DNA of 63,563 nt, counting the filler, from Collodictyon triciliatum (Eukaryota), in assembly GCA_043381765.1 (NCBI GenBank). It is 11 parts of 11 records of this genome, joined end to end, with 100 filler letters (N's around TTAATTAATTAA, not from the genome) between each part and the next. Parts side by side here need not be neighbours in the genome. Positions count along the whole stretch, not along the records: positions 1 to 6,418 come from JBHJMP010004484.1; positions 6,519 to 12,916 come from JBHJMP010004485.1; 9 more parts are not named here. One strand, written 5' to 3'. The stretch's first letter is position 1; every line of letters begins with the position of its first letter. Positions 1 to 12,916 of this stretch are shown here, piece by piece. A program made the translations under genes and the position numbers. The notes under the pieces are model-generated. The model saw only the letters and a program-made list of their open reading frames with translations, did no database searches and was not told where the DNA came from.

Positions 1-211
1 GAAAAAAGAAAAAAGAAAAAAGAAAAAAGAAAAAAGAAAAAAGAAAAAAGAAAAAAGAAAAAAGAAAAAAGAAAAAAGAAAAAAGAAAAAAGAAAAGAAA
101 GAAATAGTAAATGCGTGGTATGCACGTTTCTGAGTTTATTCCGTGCGTTGAAAAAGTCGCACTTCAGTTATAACACCGAATTCGAATGTAGAAGCAGGTC
201 TACATAGAGAA

Positions 212-2695
212 ATGGAGAGCGAGTGCACCATGACAACCGTGTTGACTTTCTCATCAGACAAGAAACCGCACGCAAGACTCAGAAAAGTGTGCGTCGGTTG
301 CAGACAGGCTCACATGTCCTGTGGGTCGGGTAGGTGTCGACTTCATGGCAAACACCTTGACTAGTCGCCTCAAGACAATCTAAGACTTATAAAAAATCAT
401 AAAAGAAACATTAAAGAAACATTAAAGAAACATTAAAGAAACATTAAAGAAACATTAAAGAAACATTAAAGAAACATGACCATTAGAGCGACCATGTACA
501 CGATGTGTTTCGAAAGGAATTGAATGCATCGATGCAGAATCTCGCAAACGCGGTCGTAAATCGCGTTACGAAACCCGGTCAGAGACTGATGACCACTGTG
601 ATATCTCCAAAAATCTCGGCTATTTTTTCACAGGTACTTAGCGAATACTTTTGTATTCATAACATCACATAACATCGCATTACATCACAACTACAATCAA
701 ATATCATTACCAGAACGCAGCACCACACAACCCAGCCCGCCGCCTTGTGACTCCTCCGCCACAAAAGCCACAATATCTCCAACCTTGATCACAGCCAAGG
801 GCAAACCTTGTTTGAAGCGAATGGTCGACCCAGAACCATCATCTCTTATTCATCAAACCCCATCATTTCCTCTTCGTTCATGGCAGAATATCGATGGAGA
901 AATACCACTTGTAGCTCTGAGTTATGTACAAAAGCCAGACTTAGAATACCAAAATCAACCGGTATCCTTGCGTGGTCTTGAATCTACTTTCCTCAACACT
1001 CGCTCAGTGAACCTATCGACATACGGTGTTGTCAATACACCGCAGGTACCGATGGATCCAAACGCCCTAAGGAGCATCCACCAAATATTGACCCAGTCCA
1101 ATCAGCAGTACTGTAGAGATATCTATAACCAGCATTCTGCAACTAGCACCGCACCGGAAATCATGCCCACTCAAGATAGACATGATATTGCGCAATCTTC
1201 ACGTCCGAAATCGACAGATAATCACATTAATATCGGCGACACAGTCATCCAGCCCATCAGCAACCGCAAAGTCAAAGTCATCATTGGAACTCCATGTCGC
1301 CAACATCTATCGATTCCATTTCCAAACGCACATCAAAACACTTTTGCATTTACTGTAAGTCTAATTCATGAATATAAAGATCAAATGCTATAGCGTATCA
1401 CATAGAGACATATTTGTCCTATCATACTTTTTCTCTCCCTATCATCAATACCGTCAATACTGCCACTGACACATCTGTTTTCTGTCTTCTTTCAACTCTG
1501 AATTTCAGAACTCCGATTGTGCTGCGTGCGAGCCCATCAATATGAGTGCACAGATGTGTACTCAAATATCTGGCTTAGACTCTGAACGACGAGCCAAAAT
1601 AAAGCGATTAGAAGAAGTGATTCCTTGCCCACCAATCTACCGTACGATTTCGACTTTAATGGCTTTTTTTTTTTACTCGGGATTTCCGCCCCTCCTTCTC
1701 TTTGATGAGATAGTATAATTCAATTATGCTTCTTTTTCTCCTCATCTAAATGTACTTTGCTTCCTAAACCTCTAAAATCTTCTTTTGAACGTGTTTGGAA
1801 TCCACCCTGTGAAGGAATGGGCTATCCCCGAATGGACCCGGTGGCTGCAATTTCGTTGATTTGCATGCGGTTGGTGGAAACTCTGCTTGGTCTGCCAGAG
1901 AGATTGAAAGGGTCGGACTTAGAAAAGCAGAAAGTCTGGCTGAATTATATGTTTAAAAGCATCGACTTTTATGACCTTCGTGGTCCTCTTCCGATGAAGG
2001 TATGAAACTTGTCTTATCCATTTTACTTGCTTTTATTCTTTCTTCTTTTCTCCCTCCTTCTCCCCAAAGATATTCCTTGATAATACGATGGCGCATCATC
2101 CAAATTGAAGGTTGTACGAATTCATTCCAAAAAAAAAAAAAAGCCATTTATTACTGTTCTCGGATTTAGGTGATTCCTCTTCAGAAAGTTCCAGAGACCA
2201 ACCGGAATACAAACTTGTATCAGAGCGCCGTCCGCACACCAGAATGCGCGGAGGAAGAGAGGTGAAGAAAGTCCCATTTTTTTATTTTTTTTTACTTTTT
2301 ATTTCACTATTTATTTCAATTTGAAGTTATGCCTATCCAGATATGATATTCTTCACATCCATTCACCTTCTATCTTTGATTCATCATGTATAAAGCCAAG
2401 CTCAAAGGTATCCTTCAGCTAACAAAGTCGCCCATGCCACTTATGCAGAGAAATCGATGCAATAACATCAACGATGATATCATATTCCTTGGTGGAGGAG
2501 AAACAAGCTTTTCCGATGCGGCAAATGGCAACGATATTATGCAATATACACGAGAAGCTACCTCACTTTTCCGTCCCCGTCTTCTCTCTTCTGCTCGAGT
2601 TTATTGAAGACGGCAAATTCCTTCTGCGCATAGCCGAATTTCCGCCAGAAAGCCTCCCGAACGTGTCCCTTCGCAAACTTTTGTCCGAGGACTGA
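212..2695 (+). CDS. Zn(II)2Cys6 binuclear-cluster (GAL4-like) transcription factor, multi-exon
   Basis: ATG at 212. Exon 212-329 (..RKVCVGCRQAHMSCGS) splices GT(330)..AG(486) to exon 487-633 (ERPCTRCVSKGIECIDAESRKRGRK), giving C-x2-C-x6-C-x5-C-x2-C-x6-C followed by a basic tract. Low-complexity exon ~713-1354 and further ORF segments to TGA 2695; assignment of the 3' exons is less certain. Confidence 0.75.
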
Positions 2696-3683
2696 CTCAT
2701 ATTCCGACCATCCTCGCCACAGTGCAAAAACTTGTAGGGGAAAGGAAGAAAGATTACGTAAGAATGTCATGCTCTATATGTAGCACAAGACCGAATAATA
2801 TATACAAAATTTAAAAACCAGCTTTGTTCACGTTTCGTTTAAAGTATAAATAAATATATGCAGTCTCTCGCCAACACACGATGAATTTCACATTCTCAGA
2901 GCTGCCTTTGGTTCATTGTACAAAACAAAACAAAACGAGATACAGAGTTAATGTGTAGGTCTACTTCCTTCATAGCTAGTTTCAGAAGATTTGGTTGTTT
3001 CATACACTCATATATTTAATCGGTGCGGTGGTCTATTCATGTGCTGCGGTGTGTTCAAGTAATTCAACATATGCTCAGCGGACAATCTTCAAAAATTAAG
3101 GGCATATATTCATCCTTACTCGGCCAGAGGGGACACCAAAAGGGAAAGGAAAAAATGGAAAGGGATGGAGCGTTTAAGAACACGAGTTTTTTTTTAAAGT
3201 ATCTGCCTGTCAAAGAGTGATGGTGTTTGCTTGCTTTGATTTTCGGTTTCATCTCAGCACTCCGTGTAGAGAAAAAAGGAGACCCGCGAATCCACCTTCG
3301 ACTGAAGGACAATGATGAGTTGCGGATGAGAAAGTGCAAAGCTTTAGATTGTGTGGTTGGAGCTTTTATGTTTTGAAAGAGAAAGAGAAAAAGAAGGAGG
3401 AGGAACACAGACGCAAACATGTGAAGCATTGTAGATGATAACTGTTTTCTTTAACTTCTGAAAGGAATTTAATCCCTAGAATAGTTCCCGAGACTGATGA
3501 GAAAGGGTAGCTACGGAAAATGTCGAATTTTATAATTGTGAAAAATATATAGCAGTTGCATTAGGGAAGAGTGAACCATCCCTTTTACAAGCTGGCGATA
3601 AGAAGAAGAAGAAGAAGAAAGAAAAGAAGTTAGGCCTCATCCAGTGTTTAGTGGATATGTCCGCTTAAGCTACTGGCCTCAGC

Positions 3684-4633
3684 CTATTCGCCACCAGCGC
3701 TCTTTCGCTTCTTTGAAGTCTTTCTAATATTTGCTGATGGGCTAGAAATCTGGTGGCTGTCGTCTGGTGGGTTGAAAACCGGTGGGGTGAAATCTGACCA
3801 ATTTTTTTCATAAATAAGAATCGTGTGTATTTGTTGTTGACCTTTGAAGAAGGGGCAATCCATCGAACCATCCCATCGCTTCACCGTACAGGGAGGCCGG
3901 AATGTGACATCAACAGAGAAGCGAATTATACTATCGGTCCTTCCTTCAACGTCATATCGACCAACGAGTCCTCTTTTTAGATGGAATGGGCTCGAAGATA
4001 TGGTCTCTTCAAGCTCACTTTTAGATTCGTTTGGTTCCTGAATTTTGAAGGTCGCTTTCTGAATAAAAGGACAATGTAGCTCGTTTGGTCCGGAGACTTG
4101 TACAGAATATTTTCCAAACCGGTTCCACTTGACGGTGAAGAGTAAAGATATACGTCTTTCGGATGGCTGCACGTCTATATTCAACTTTTGGCACAAAATG
4201 TAAAAGAAATAATCTATGTTTGCATGAATCAAAAGATCTGCTTTCTTGTCCTTGTTAGTAGATTGGAGATTTACTATTACAAACTTCCCACCTTTCTTCT
4301 TGCAAAGAAGAGGAAGAGTGTCACTTGGTTTCATTTGTAGGCTTGTACCAAGAGCTATAGATATATCTGCATCTTCTGACATCTTCTTTGCTCTCCCAAA
4401 GTCAGGTTCAGGTAAAGAATCTTCCCAGTCTAATGCCCAGTCCCGCAGCCTTCCCTTGCAAAAGTCACATATTCTTCCAGTTAAACGAAAGCCGACGGTT
4501 CCTATGTCGAAGTCACGTAGATACTCTTTCTCACATTCCTGACATTTCTCCACAAACAGGTTGCCATGCAGCTCCGAGATATGCTATATTAGGTTGTGTA
4601 TTTTTAATTCACGCATAGTCTTTTGGTAAGGTG

Positions 4634-4719
<86 letters not shown>

Positions 4720-5689
4720 CATTATTATTGGTATGCCTCAATGAGAATATGATTATTGCACTTGAGTTATAATAATAGTAATAATAGTAATAATAGTAAT
4801 AATAGTAATAATAGTAATAATAGTAATAATAGTAATAATAGTAATAATAGTAATAATAGTAATAATAGTAATAATAGTAATATTAGTAATAATAGTAATA
4901 ATAGTAATTTTGCTCTATACAAACACACACAAAAAATCTACACACTTCATCTTTTGATGCAAGTACGTGCTTTTATGCATTTGTGTGTTATTTTTGGCTA
5001 CACATCAACCTTCTTAATAGAAATTCATTCTCTCATTGCATCTTTACAAGATTAACTGAAATACAAAAGCTTCACATATACGGTAAATTAATTCGATTGT
5101 TACAAAAGATGACAAACTTGACGATGTATGCCACTTCTCAGGTGCAACGCATCAACATTTTGTGTGACTACATAACTGACAAGTCCAGCAGCATGCATAG
5201 CCGAGATAGCCATATGCGAGTAACTGGGCATAGCACATTCAAATGTTGAATCATTGTCTTCGCTTATTTGCTCACCGCGGGCTTCTCTTGTCCATACACC
5301 TATGGTACCAAGAGACGAGTAAACAGGAATGAACTCCTTTGAGAAGGAATATTACACAACTGAGAACGAAATATATAGTGGGATAAGGGTATCAGTTTTC
5401 CAAAAATCGTAAGACACAGTTTCTTTACTGAGTTAGCAATTTACGGAATTTATGCAGTTTCAAGCAAGAGGAGTCAACCTTTCGGTCCACGAAAGTCAGG
5501 GATTCCCACAGCAGTAGATATGCCTGCTCCTGTGTGAACGACTAATTTCTGGCCCGCTTGAATCCACCCAGCCAACTGCCCTATCTTTTGCTCGATGGCA
5601 CTCGGTGGATCTGCGGCCTCGGCTTGTCCCATCCGTCCTTTGTGCTCGTATTCGGACAGCCTCGCAGCGTAATTTTTACGAGGTGGCAT
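3684..5689 (-). CDS. SIRT6: NAD-dependent deacylase, class IV sirtuin (SIRT6/plant SRT1-like), multi-exon
   Basis: N-terminus NYAARLSEYEHKG..LVVHTGAGISTAVGIPDFRGPKG; ELHGNLFVEKC..C, C..C..LRDWALDWEDSLP, LGTSLQMKP, IVNLQST..DKKADLLIH. All match SIRT6-type motifs. Confidence 0.93.
4636..4907. repeat. (ATT)n and (AATAATAGT)n microsatellites in a sirtuin intron
   Basis: Directly visible. Similar simple repeats flank nearly every contig end (e.g. 1-95, 6340-6418, 19310-19413, 38745-38844). Confidence 0.95.
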
Positions 5690-6337
5690 GGAGGACTACG
5701 TACCGCTTGCTATTAAGAAAAAGGGAAAGGGAAAGGAAAAGGAAAAGGAAAAGGAAAAGAAAGAGAAAAGAAGAAAAAGAAAAAGAAAAAGAAAAGAAAA
5801 AGAAGAAAAAGAAATAGAAATAGAAATAGAAATAGAAAAGAAGAAAAGAAAAAGAAAAGAAGAAAAAGAAGAAGAAGAAATAGAAATAGAAAAGAAGAAA
5901 AGAAGAAAAGAAAAAGAAGAAAAAGAAGAAAAAGAAAAAGAAGAGGAAGAAATAGAAATAGAAAAGAAGAAAAGAAAAAGAAGAAAAAGAAGAAAAAGAA
6001 GAAAAAGAAATAGAAAAGAAGAAAAAGAAATAGAAAAGAAGAAAAAGAAGAAAAAGAAGAAAAAGAAGAAAAAGAAGAAAAAGAAGAAAAAGAAATAGAA
6101 AAGAAGAAAAAGAAATAGAAAAGGAGAAAAAGAAGAAAAAAGAAAAGAAGAAAAGAAAAAAGAAAAAGAAAAAGAAAAAGAAAAAGAAAAAGAAAAATAG
6201 TAAAAAGATAGAGAGAAGGAAAAAGAAAACTCAGAGAAAAGGATGAAGAAAATGATGCCTAGATTAATCAGTTGATCAAACTTTTCGATCGTCTGGAGAT
6301 ACACTCTGGTTGCACCAACTCAAATAATGCTAATGCC

Positions 6338-6418
<81 letters not shown>

Positions 6419-6518
6419 NNNNNNNNNNNNNNNNNNNNNNNNNNNNNNNNNNNNNNNNNNNNTTAATTAATTAANNNNNNNNNNNNNNNNNNNNNNNNNN
6501 NNNNNNNNNNNNNNNNNN
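6419..6518. other. Artificial contig-joining linker (44 N + TTAATTAATTAA + 44 N)
   Basis: The identical 100-bp structure, with stops in all six frames, recurs at 12917-13016, 19414-19513, 25910-26009, 32404-32503, 38902-39001, 45394-45493, 51885-51984, 58375-58474 and 60107-60206. Confidence 0.97.
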
Positions 6519-6785
6519 GTTTGTTTGTTTGTTTGTTTGTTTGTTTGTTTGTTTGTTTGTTTGTTTGTTTGTTTGTTTGTTTAGTTGGTTGGTTAAGTGT
6601 GTTAGGAGGGGGACGTGATAAAGGATGAGTTAGAGTAAGGACTGCTGGACAAAGGCAAGCCCGATTTTTCCGTGTGAAAATGGCAACAGGAGAATCATTC
6701 TTAAAAGAGCTTAGATCGAGCAAGGGAAAATCAATGGTGCTTTCAAAAGAGACTGGTCCCAGGCATTCCCTGCGCACCAACAAGC

Positions 6786-7136
6786 TTACTTCTCTACGAG
6801 CACGAGCTGTTTCAAGTGAGGCAGATTGACGATGCTGAAGGGAAGCCGCGGGCTAGCGGACCACAAGGGCACTTTTGCCACAGCCAACTCGTCTTGGTTT
6901 AAAAATGATTGCTTGGCTGCCGTGTTGCACTTTGCTTTGCACAGGACGCTTTTCTGATCGCTCCAGCAAGACAATGGCCGAAGCACTTTTGCACTGGCTA
7001 ATATATGGTTGGGTTGATTGCAGACGGGGCATTGATTTGCATTGAGATCTTTTTTTCCTTTGTTTTTTTCTTCTTGGAAATGTTGGTCGAGCGCTTTCGC
7101 ATTCAATAAATAGGGCCGTGGGCTTGTGAAGAGCAA
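6786..7136 (-). CDS. Possible coding exon of a hypothetical protein
   Basis: 116-codon ORF containing CPVC, ending at a GTAAGC donor-like site; no family recognised. Confidence 0.25.
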   Translation of the reverse strand: MLFTSPRPYLLNAKALDQHFQEEKNKGKKDLNANQCPVCNQPNHILASAKVLRPLSCWSDQKSVLCKAKCNTAAKQSFLNQDELAVAKVPLWSASPRLPFSIVNLPHLKQLVLVEK

Positions 7137-7880
7137 TTACATTGTGATTGTTGTTCTTCTCCGCAATGAGGAAATAAGGAAATTGGTCTTTTTGGTTTTG
7201 GTTTGGCTTCGTCGAGCTGATTCTGTGGTAATCATTTAGTGATTTCTGTTATGATTGTGCCCTCACACAGCCCAAATCATCACAGCAATATATCACGTAC
7301 CGCACAGATGCTTTTGTTTTTTCAAATGCTCTAGAATTTTCAACACATTTTATCCATATTTGTGTACTATTTAATGAAAAATCCTCCTCAAAGTATAAAT
7401 TATGTATAGTGTTTTGTACTGACGCACCACGTATCAATTGGGACGTCCACATTTGTAAAGACGAAAGAAGGTATTTCCGCTAAGTTCCAGCGAAAGCACG
7501 AATTGGGTCGCCTATATTTGGATGTGGTCACTTTGCCACGTCACCTGGAGCAACCGGGGCTTCGCAAATCTGGATTATATCTATACCTGGAATTTATACA
7601 TCTTTCATTATATTGTCCTACAGCTACATCTAATGCCTAAGTAATTATGATAATATGAGGCTCTGTAAATGAAAAAATCTAATTAGATTATCCCATAGAC
7701 ACGGTTATTGCCCAATTCCCTCATGTGGAAGCTATTGCTCTTCCGTGTGTTTAATCGGTGGCATAGGGCGCAGGGTTTGGACAAGATTTATGAGGAACTT
7801 GAATTGACAATGCTCGAGATACCAATAGCGACTTCAGTGACGGGTTTGTTTATGAAAACAACAGGCAGAGGTCGAGGCTT

Positions 7881-8784
7881 TTAGCGGCGGGTGTTGGTGC
7901 GCTTGGTTCTTCTGGTGGAGTCCTTAACCTCAGAGACAGAGGCAAAGCCGATGGACTTAAGCATCTCAATGGTGTCAGGATCAGCGGAGAGGTTGGCGGT
8001 GGAGATGGCAGAGACAGTGGGCACGTAATTATCCTTGCGCTCGCGCTCTTCCTCTTGGAGGGCAAAGCTGATGCCACGGACGGGTCCGCGCTGAATACGG
8101 CGCATCAAGTGGGTGGTGAAACCAGCGATCTTGTTGCGGAGTCTCTTGCTGGGGACAATTGCGACCTCCTGGGTGATCTTCTTGTTGACATGGAAGTCAA
8201 CAGTGAGGCGGGGATAGTACTTCTCGATGAGGACACGAGCAGCCTTCTTGACGGTCTTGGTGCGGACACGACCCTAGGTTGGGAAGCAATGGTGAGTTGT
8301 GTGCAGTCTTTCCGTCAGCCTAGCTCGGTGCGCATGATTGTGTATGGAAAAGATGGGAAGTTTGGGCTGGGGCAAATGGATCTGGCGGTTATAGGGGCAG
8401 CAGTAAAAGTTCCTCTTAGTCTCCCCCTCCCCCAGGGCCTCACGGTCCGTGTTCCGGGCAGGGGCTTGAGTGAAATAACCGATCGCACTGACTAGTGCTG
8501 GCTGCTTCCATTGATCGCACTTAATGGAACAAAGGTCCAACCGACAAGGAATAATTGGTTCTGTGTGCCGAATGAAGCAACGTAATAGATCGAGACAGCT
8601 TCTGAAAGATGGCAACATGGCTTCTCTTATTGCCAATGGGCAATCTAACTTAGCAGGCATGGATTCACCGGCTGTAGGCCTTCCAATTATCTGTGGTATC
8701 GATACCACAGAAAAAAGTAATTGTGGCCAGAATTACTGTGGTAAAAGAGGATAGGGTGAGGGTTAGCTTGGGCCTGCTTACCAT
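7881..8784 (-). CDS. RPS17: 40S ribosomal protein S17 (eS17)
   Basis: ATG-only first coding exon (8784-8782, followed by GTAAGC), intron 8781-8274, then [63 protein letters not shown] to TAA at 7881. Confidence 0.97.
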
Positions 8785-9420
8785 GTTGTCTTTTTCCTTA
8801 GGCGGGGATTGGGTGTAGATTCGCCGGGGCCGGGTTGTTGGGGAACAGCGAGGAATCGAAAGAGGATCGTGGTTTTAGTGGCGGTGGGGCGAAACTATTC
8901 ATTCCTTAGCGCGGGTCTGTGGAGAATGGTTCATATTGTACCCAAATAAATTTCTAATTATGATAAAAATCAATGAATGATCATACTTTAAGTTATCGAT
9001 GCCAAACTACATGATCTAATCTGGATATTATGCTGCGATATATATTTTGTTTCAATTATAGTTTAATTACCTTATCAAATAATAAATAATGAACATTAAG
9101 TATATCAAAAGTCTAAATATGCATGAATTTTAGCTGATGGCCTCTGGGGAGATTCTCATTGAAAATTCCTGTGTTTGTGGGGCTTTGTGCTATCGTTTGG
9201 ATAAGTAGTGAACTCATGCCGCCAATGCGATCAGAATAGTCGAGCCATTGTCTACCTTGTTTTCCTTCGTAGTGAAGAAGTGACAGGACGAGTTTCAATA
9301 CCTTGACAGGCACATGGCATTCACAACCCCAGCTGTGATCTAAGCTTTATGTTGCAAGCTCGTTAAAAAAAAATAAAAGTAAAATAAAAACGAAATCTTT
9401 CCCATATATACTAGGACAGG

Positions 9421-10391
9421 ATGGACACCAATTATTCAACACGCCAGAGCCTCCTCTACGAAGCTCAAAGCGTGACGAGCGAGCCTCCCACGTCCCCAAC
9501 TTTGCAGGGGAGCAGGGGACGCTCAGAGAGCTTGGCCCACCTGGAGAAGCCCCTGGTCGATCAAGAGGTTCCACGAAACGCGTGGGGACGCTTTATGTAT
9601 TACTTTCGATTCTTCTGGACTTTCTTTCACGGATTTGCAGCGGGATTTGGAGGTCTTGTATTCATCTCCCTGGTAGTTGGCGATACGACTATGACAAATG
9701 GAACCCGCGTATGGTGGTGGCTTCTGTGTGTCTTTGGGGGGTGCTATACAGTCTATGAGGTATAACTGATCTTGAACTGCTACAAAATTAGGGTTGTTTG
9801 TTCTAATATTTTTTCCCCCCTTTATTCGTTTCGAAGTTGATTGCTCTAATATGTTGTGTGAACTCTATATTACCCTAGAATTTGATTGTGCCTCACAACA
9901 AGCACAGCCGCACATATCAGGCTTTTGGATTGATGGGTGTTCCTGTTGCTGTGATGGCCATGATTGACCGATACGAGGGAATCGACAATGTGGACCACTT
10001 TCTCACGCATCAAAACTATGTAGCGGTCTTTGCTGTGACGTGTGTCGCCTTTCCTTTCTTTATGCTAGGGGAGCCACTCACCTCACGTGAGGAGCGGAAC
10101 CTGCAGAGGGGTGTGACAGCAAGCCGCTGGCGAGACCTTGTGCGCAACGCACGGCATGTGATGAATGACTCATTCCTTCCTTTCATGGGCAACACAGGTA
10201 CGGCCTGGGTCATCTTCAATGTTCCCGACGTGATGTGCAACATCTCATGGATAGCAAACCCGGACGGTTCCACAAACGGAGGACCTGTGTTGATAGCGAT
10301 TCTTGGGTCTATTGGAGTTGGGGTTGTCAATGTCATACTAAGCCACTATCGCCGCAGATACAACAAACCAACAGCCATCCCCATGGCGTAA
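9421..10391 (+). CDS. Hypothetical multi-pass membrane protein (2 exons, ~283 aa)
   Basis: Exons 9421-9759 and 9879-10391 join in phase across GT..AG; several hydrophobic segments (e.g. FAAGFGGLVFISLVV, VAVFAVTCVAFPFFML, VLIAILGSIGVGVVNVIL). Confidence 0.7.
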
Positions 10392-10910
10392 CGACTTTGT
10401 ATAAGAGATTTGAGTCGATGCCAAACATGCACCCCCCCCCCCCACACCGTCTTCTATGCTGGTGATTTTAGAATAAAAATAACAGTCACCAAATTCTCCT
10501 GGGGGTATGCTTTGCTAATAAACTGAATGTAAACCAGTCCTACTGACCTGCGGCCCAATTTCAATTTTGCTCTCTACTTTCTTCCATCTTATCGGAAGAG
10601 CTGATAAAACGATTGCGACTTCCCCTCCACTATAAATTCCTTAGGCATCAACTCTTGATATAAAGCTTCAGATATCAAGAATGAAATGAATCAAACGACA
10701 TATACACATACTTACATAAATCGATCCCAAAGTCTTCTTTTCCTTTTCACTTATGTCTCTTTCCAGTAAAAAAAACTACCGATACTAAAGGTGAAGGTAG
10801 CCCACAGGCACGCCGGGCTGTTTTTTTTCTTTTCCTTTCAACTTTGCGAGCTTGTCAATTTTGTCTTTACGCTCACCCTTTTTTTTATTTTTATTTTTTG
10901 CATTTGGGCA

Positions 10911-12916
10911 GATGAGCCAGTTGAGTACCTATTTGTTGTTTCCAAGGAGTTTGGAGGATCGGCTTCTCTCATTCCTGCGGCTTCGGGAGGTCGAAAGAAC
11001 TATTCTCCCGGTTTGTGCTTCATAAGTGCTACCCTATCGTGCTTTCCTCACTACTTGTACATGTTCATGCAACTAAGTCGATGTATAATACCACAAGATA
11101 TGTATTTCATTCTACTTCCTCTTGGTATTAATGTTTTTTTTTTTTTACTGGATTGACTATAAACGAAAGGGAGACACACCTCAGTCACTTAGAAAAAACA
11201 GCCAGTTCAGAAAAGTCAGCCGCCTGGTGGATGAATTATCTGCCCTTGGATTCAGCGTACATACTGCCCATATACACTGCATAAAAAAAAAAAAAAAAAA
11301 AAGAAAGAGAAAGATATATATATGCACCTTTCTCATTAGCTGATCGCAATCAGTCACATTATTTAATGACTTTTTTTTTCCTTTATTCGATTCAAAGTGT
11401 AGCGAGGTTATGAAATTATTTAATGACTTATTGACCAACATAAAATTCTCCTCCGTCAATAAACCTCACACACTTGGCAGCGAGATGCTGTCGCGCCGCT
11501 TCTGGCCAGGTCAACTGGAGCTTCATTGAATGAAGCAGTGGATTGGCTTTGTTTACACTTGCCTGATGAGCAGCTTCCAAACGGTTTTGTACAGAAGAGA
11601 ATCGAATATGAATCAGATATGCATCTGCGAGGCGAACGTACGAACAGAGTACAACAAAAGCCCAGAGGTAAGTTATACATGCGCACTTTTCTGCTAGTCA
11701 TTGTATCCATTTGACATGGGCTATAGTGCCGCCTTCCTTGCTTATATTCTCATAAAGTCCTAAAGCACATCATCCTTCTTCATTAAAAATGTTGCTGCAG
11801 ACGAACCGGATGGACAGAGGGATAATTTTCTTGAAGATACATGCTTTGAGGAAGTGAGACTATTTCTTTACTCTCTGAACTTTTCTAATGTACATCATGC
11901 AGCTTTTTTTTTTATTAGTGCCACTTCAATGTATATAAACACAAAATATGTCCAACTATGTTGCATTGTACTCATTCTTGGGACATCTATCCACCTATTT
12001 TTTTTACATCATTCATAGATACCTGATTATATCGAAGATATCGAATCTTTAAACCTGGATGAATCAGAACATACTGATTTTCAATCTGGTTAGCTTTTTT
12101 TCTTATTTCAATATTCCTCATTTATTCATGCCTTTTTGACATATATACCTAACGTGAAACCTTTTATTTTTATGGCGGTTCGTGTCGGTTTCAAACAATA
12201 TTGATTGCTGTGTCTCATGACAGCAGTGCCTTATGCACCTTATAAAAAGGAACAGGTTTTTTCAATACATCACGTTTCCGTTTTAGATTTTCAATATAAC
12301 CAATCCCCTGTTTTTTATATTTATTGATACATTTTTATTCGTCTTCGTGCATTTTTTTTTTATTAACTGTCATGATAAGTTTAACTTTTTGCAAATTCTT
12401 GCAAATGCCCAGCCCAAACCACAGCAAATACCGAATGGGACTCAAGGAGAAAGAAATCGACTGGAGAAATACCCCAACAAAGGCAATAAACATTCTCTAT
12501 AATGATTATTCACTCTTTATTATTAAAACTTTTTTATCTATATAGGCGATGTGCAGACTAATTCAATGATTGAAAAAGATATTTTAATTGTGCATAGATG
12601 TTGAGAATAAGAAACTGGAGACGAAGTCAAAAGATACAAAAGCACTTAAAGCAACAGGAAATAGTACTCGTCTACTTTTATAATAATGTTTCACCAATTC
12701 TAGTTTGGACATAATTTCCTTCAAACAATGATTCGTGAGTTATCAATTTGTATTTACTTATTTCCCAATCAACTTGCAAAATTATTGAAACAAAAATTTT
12801 CTTCTGGTTTTTTTTTTCATCCAGAAGCACCTGATGTTGAATTAGAAAAAGGAAAGAAAGGCGGGAAAAAGAGTGAGCCTGTGCCAGTAGTGGACCCTAA
12901 AAAGAAAGGTGGAAAA
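10911..12916 (+). CDS. Partial multi-exon gene with a UBA-like motif of the DHX29/DHX57 type
   Basis: Exons encode ELSALGFS..AVAPLLARSTGASLNEAVDWLCLHLPDEQLPNGF, resembling the DWLCL.L...LP.GF UBA-like segment of DHX29/57 helicases. Lys/Glu-rich exons follow; truncated at the contig end, and no helicase core is seen. Confidence 0.5.

Noticed and set aside
5688-6304. Lys/Glu-rich or Phe/Ser-rich ORFs (also 12965-13301, 31471-31905, 40845-41447, 60151-60668)
   Set aside because: Translations of purine-rich or simple-sequence repeats; no sign of real coding.
8274-8781. Intronic snoRNA in the relatively long RPS17 intron
   Set aside because: No convincing C/D box pair was seen on the sense strand; an H/ACA RNA cannot be assessed by eye.
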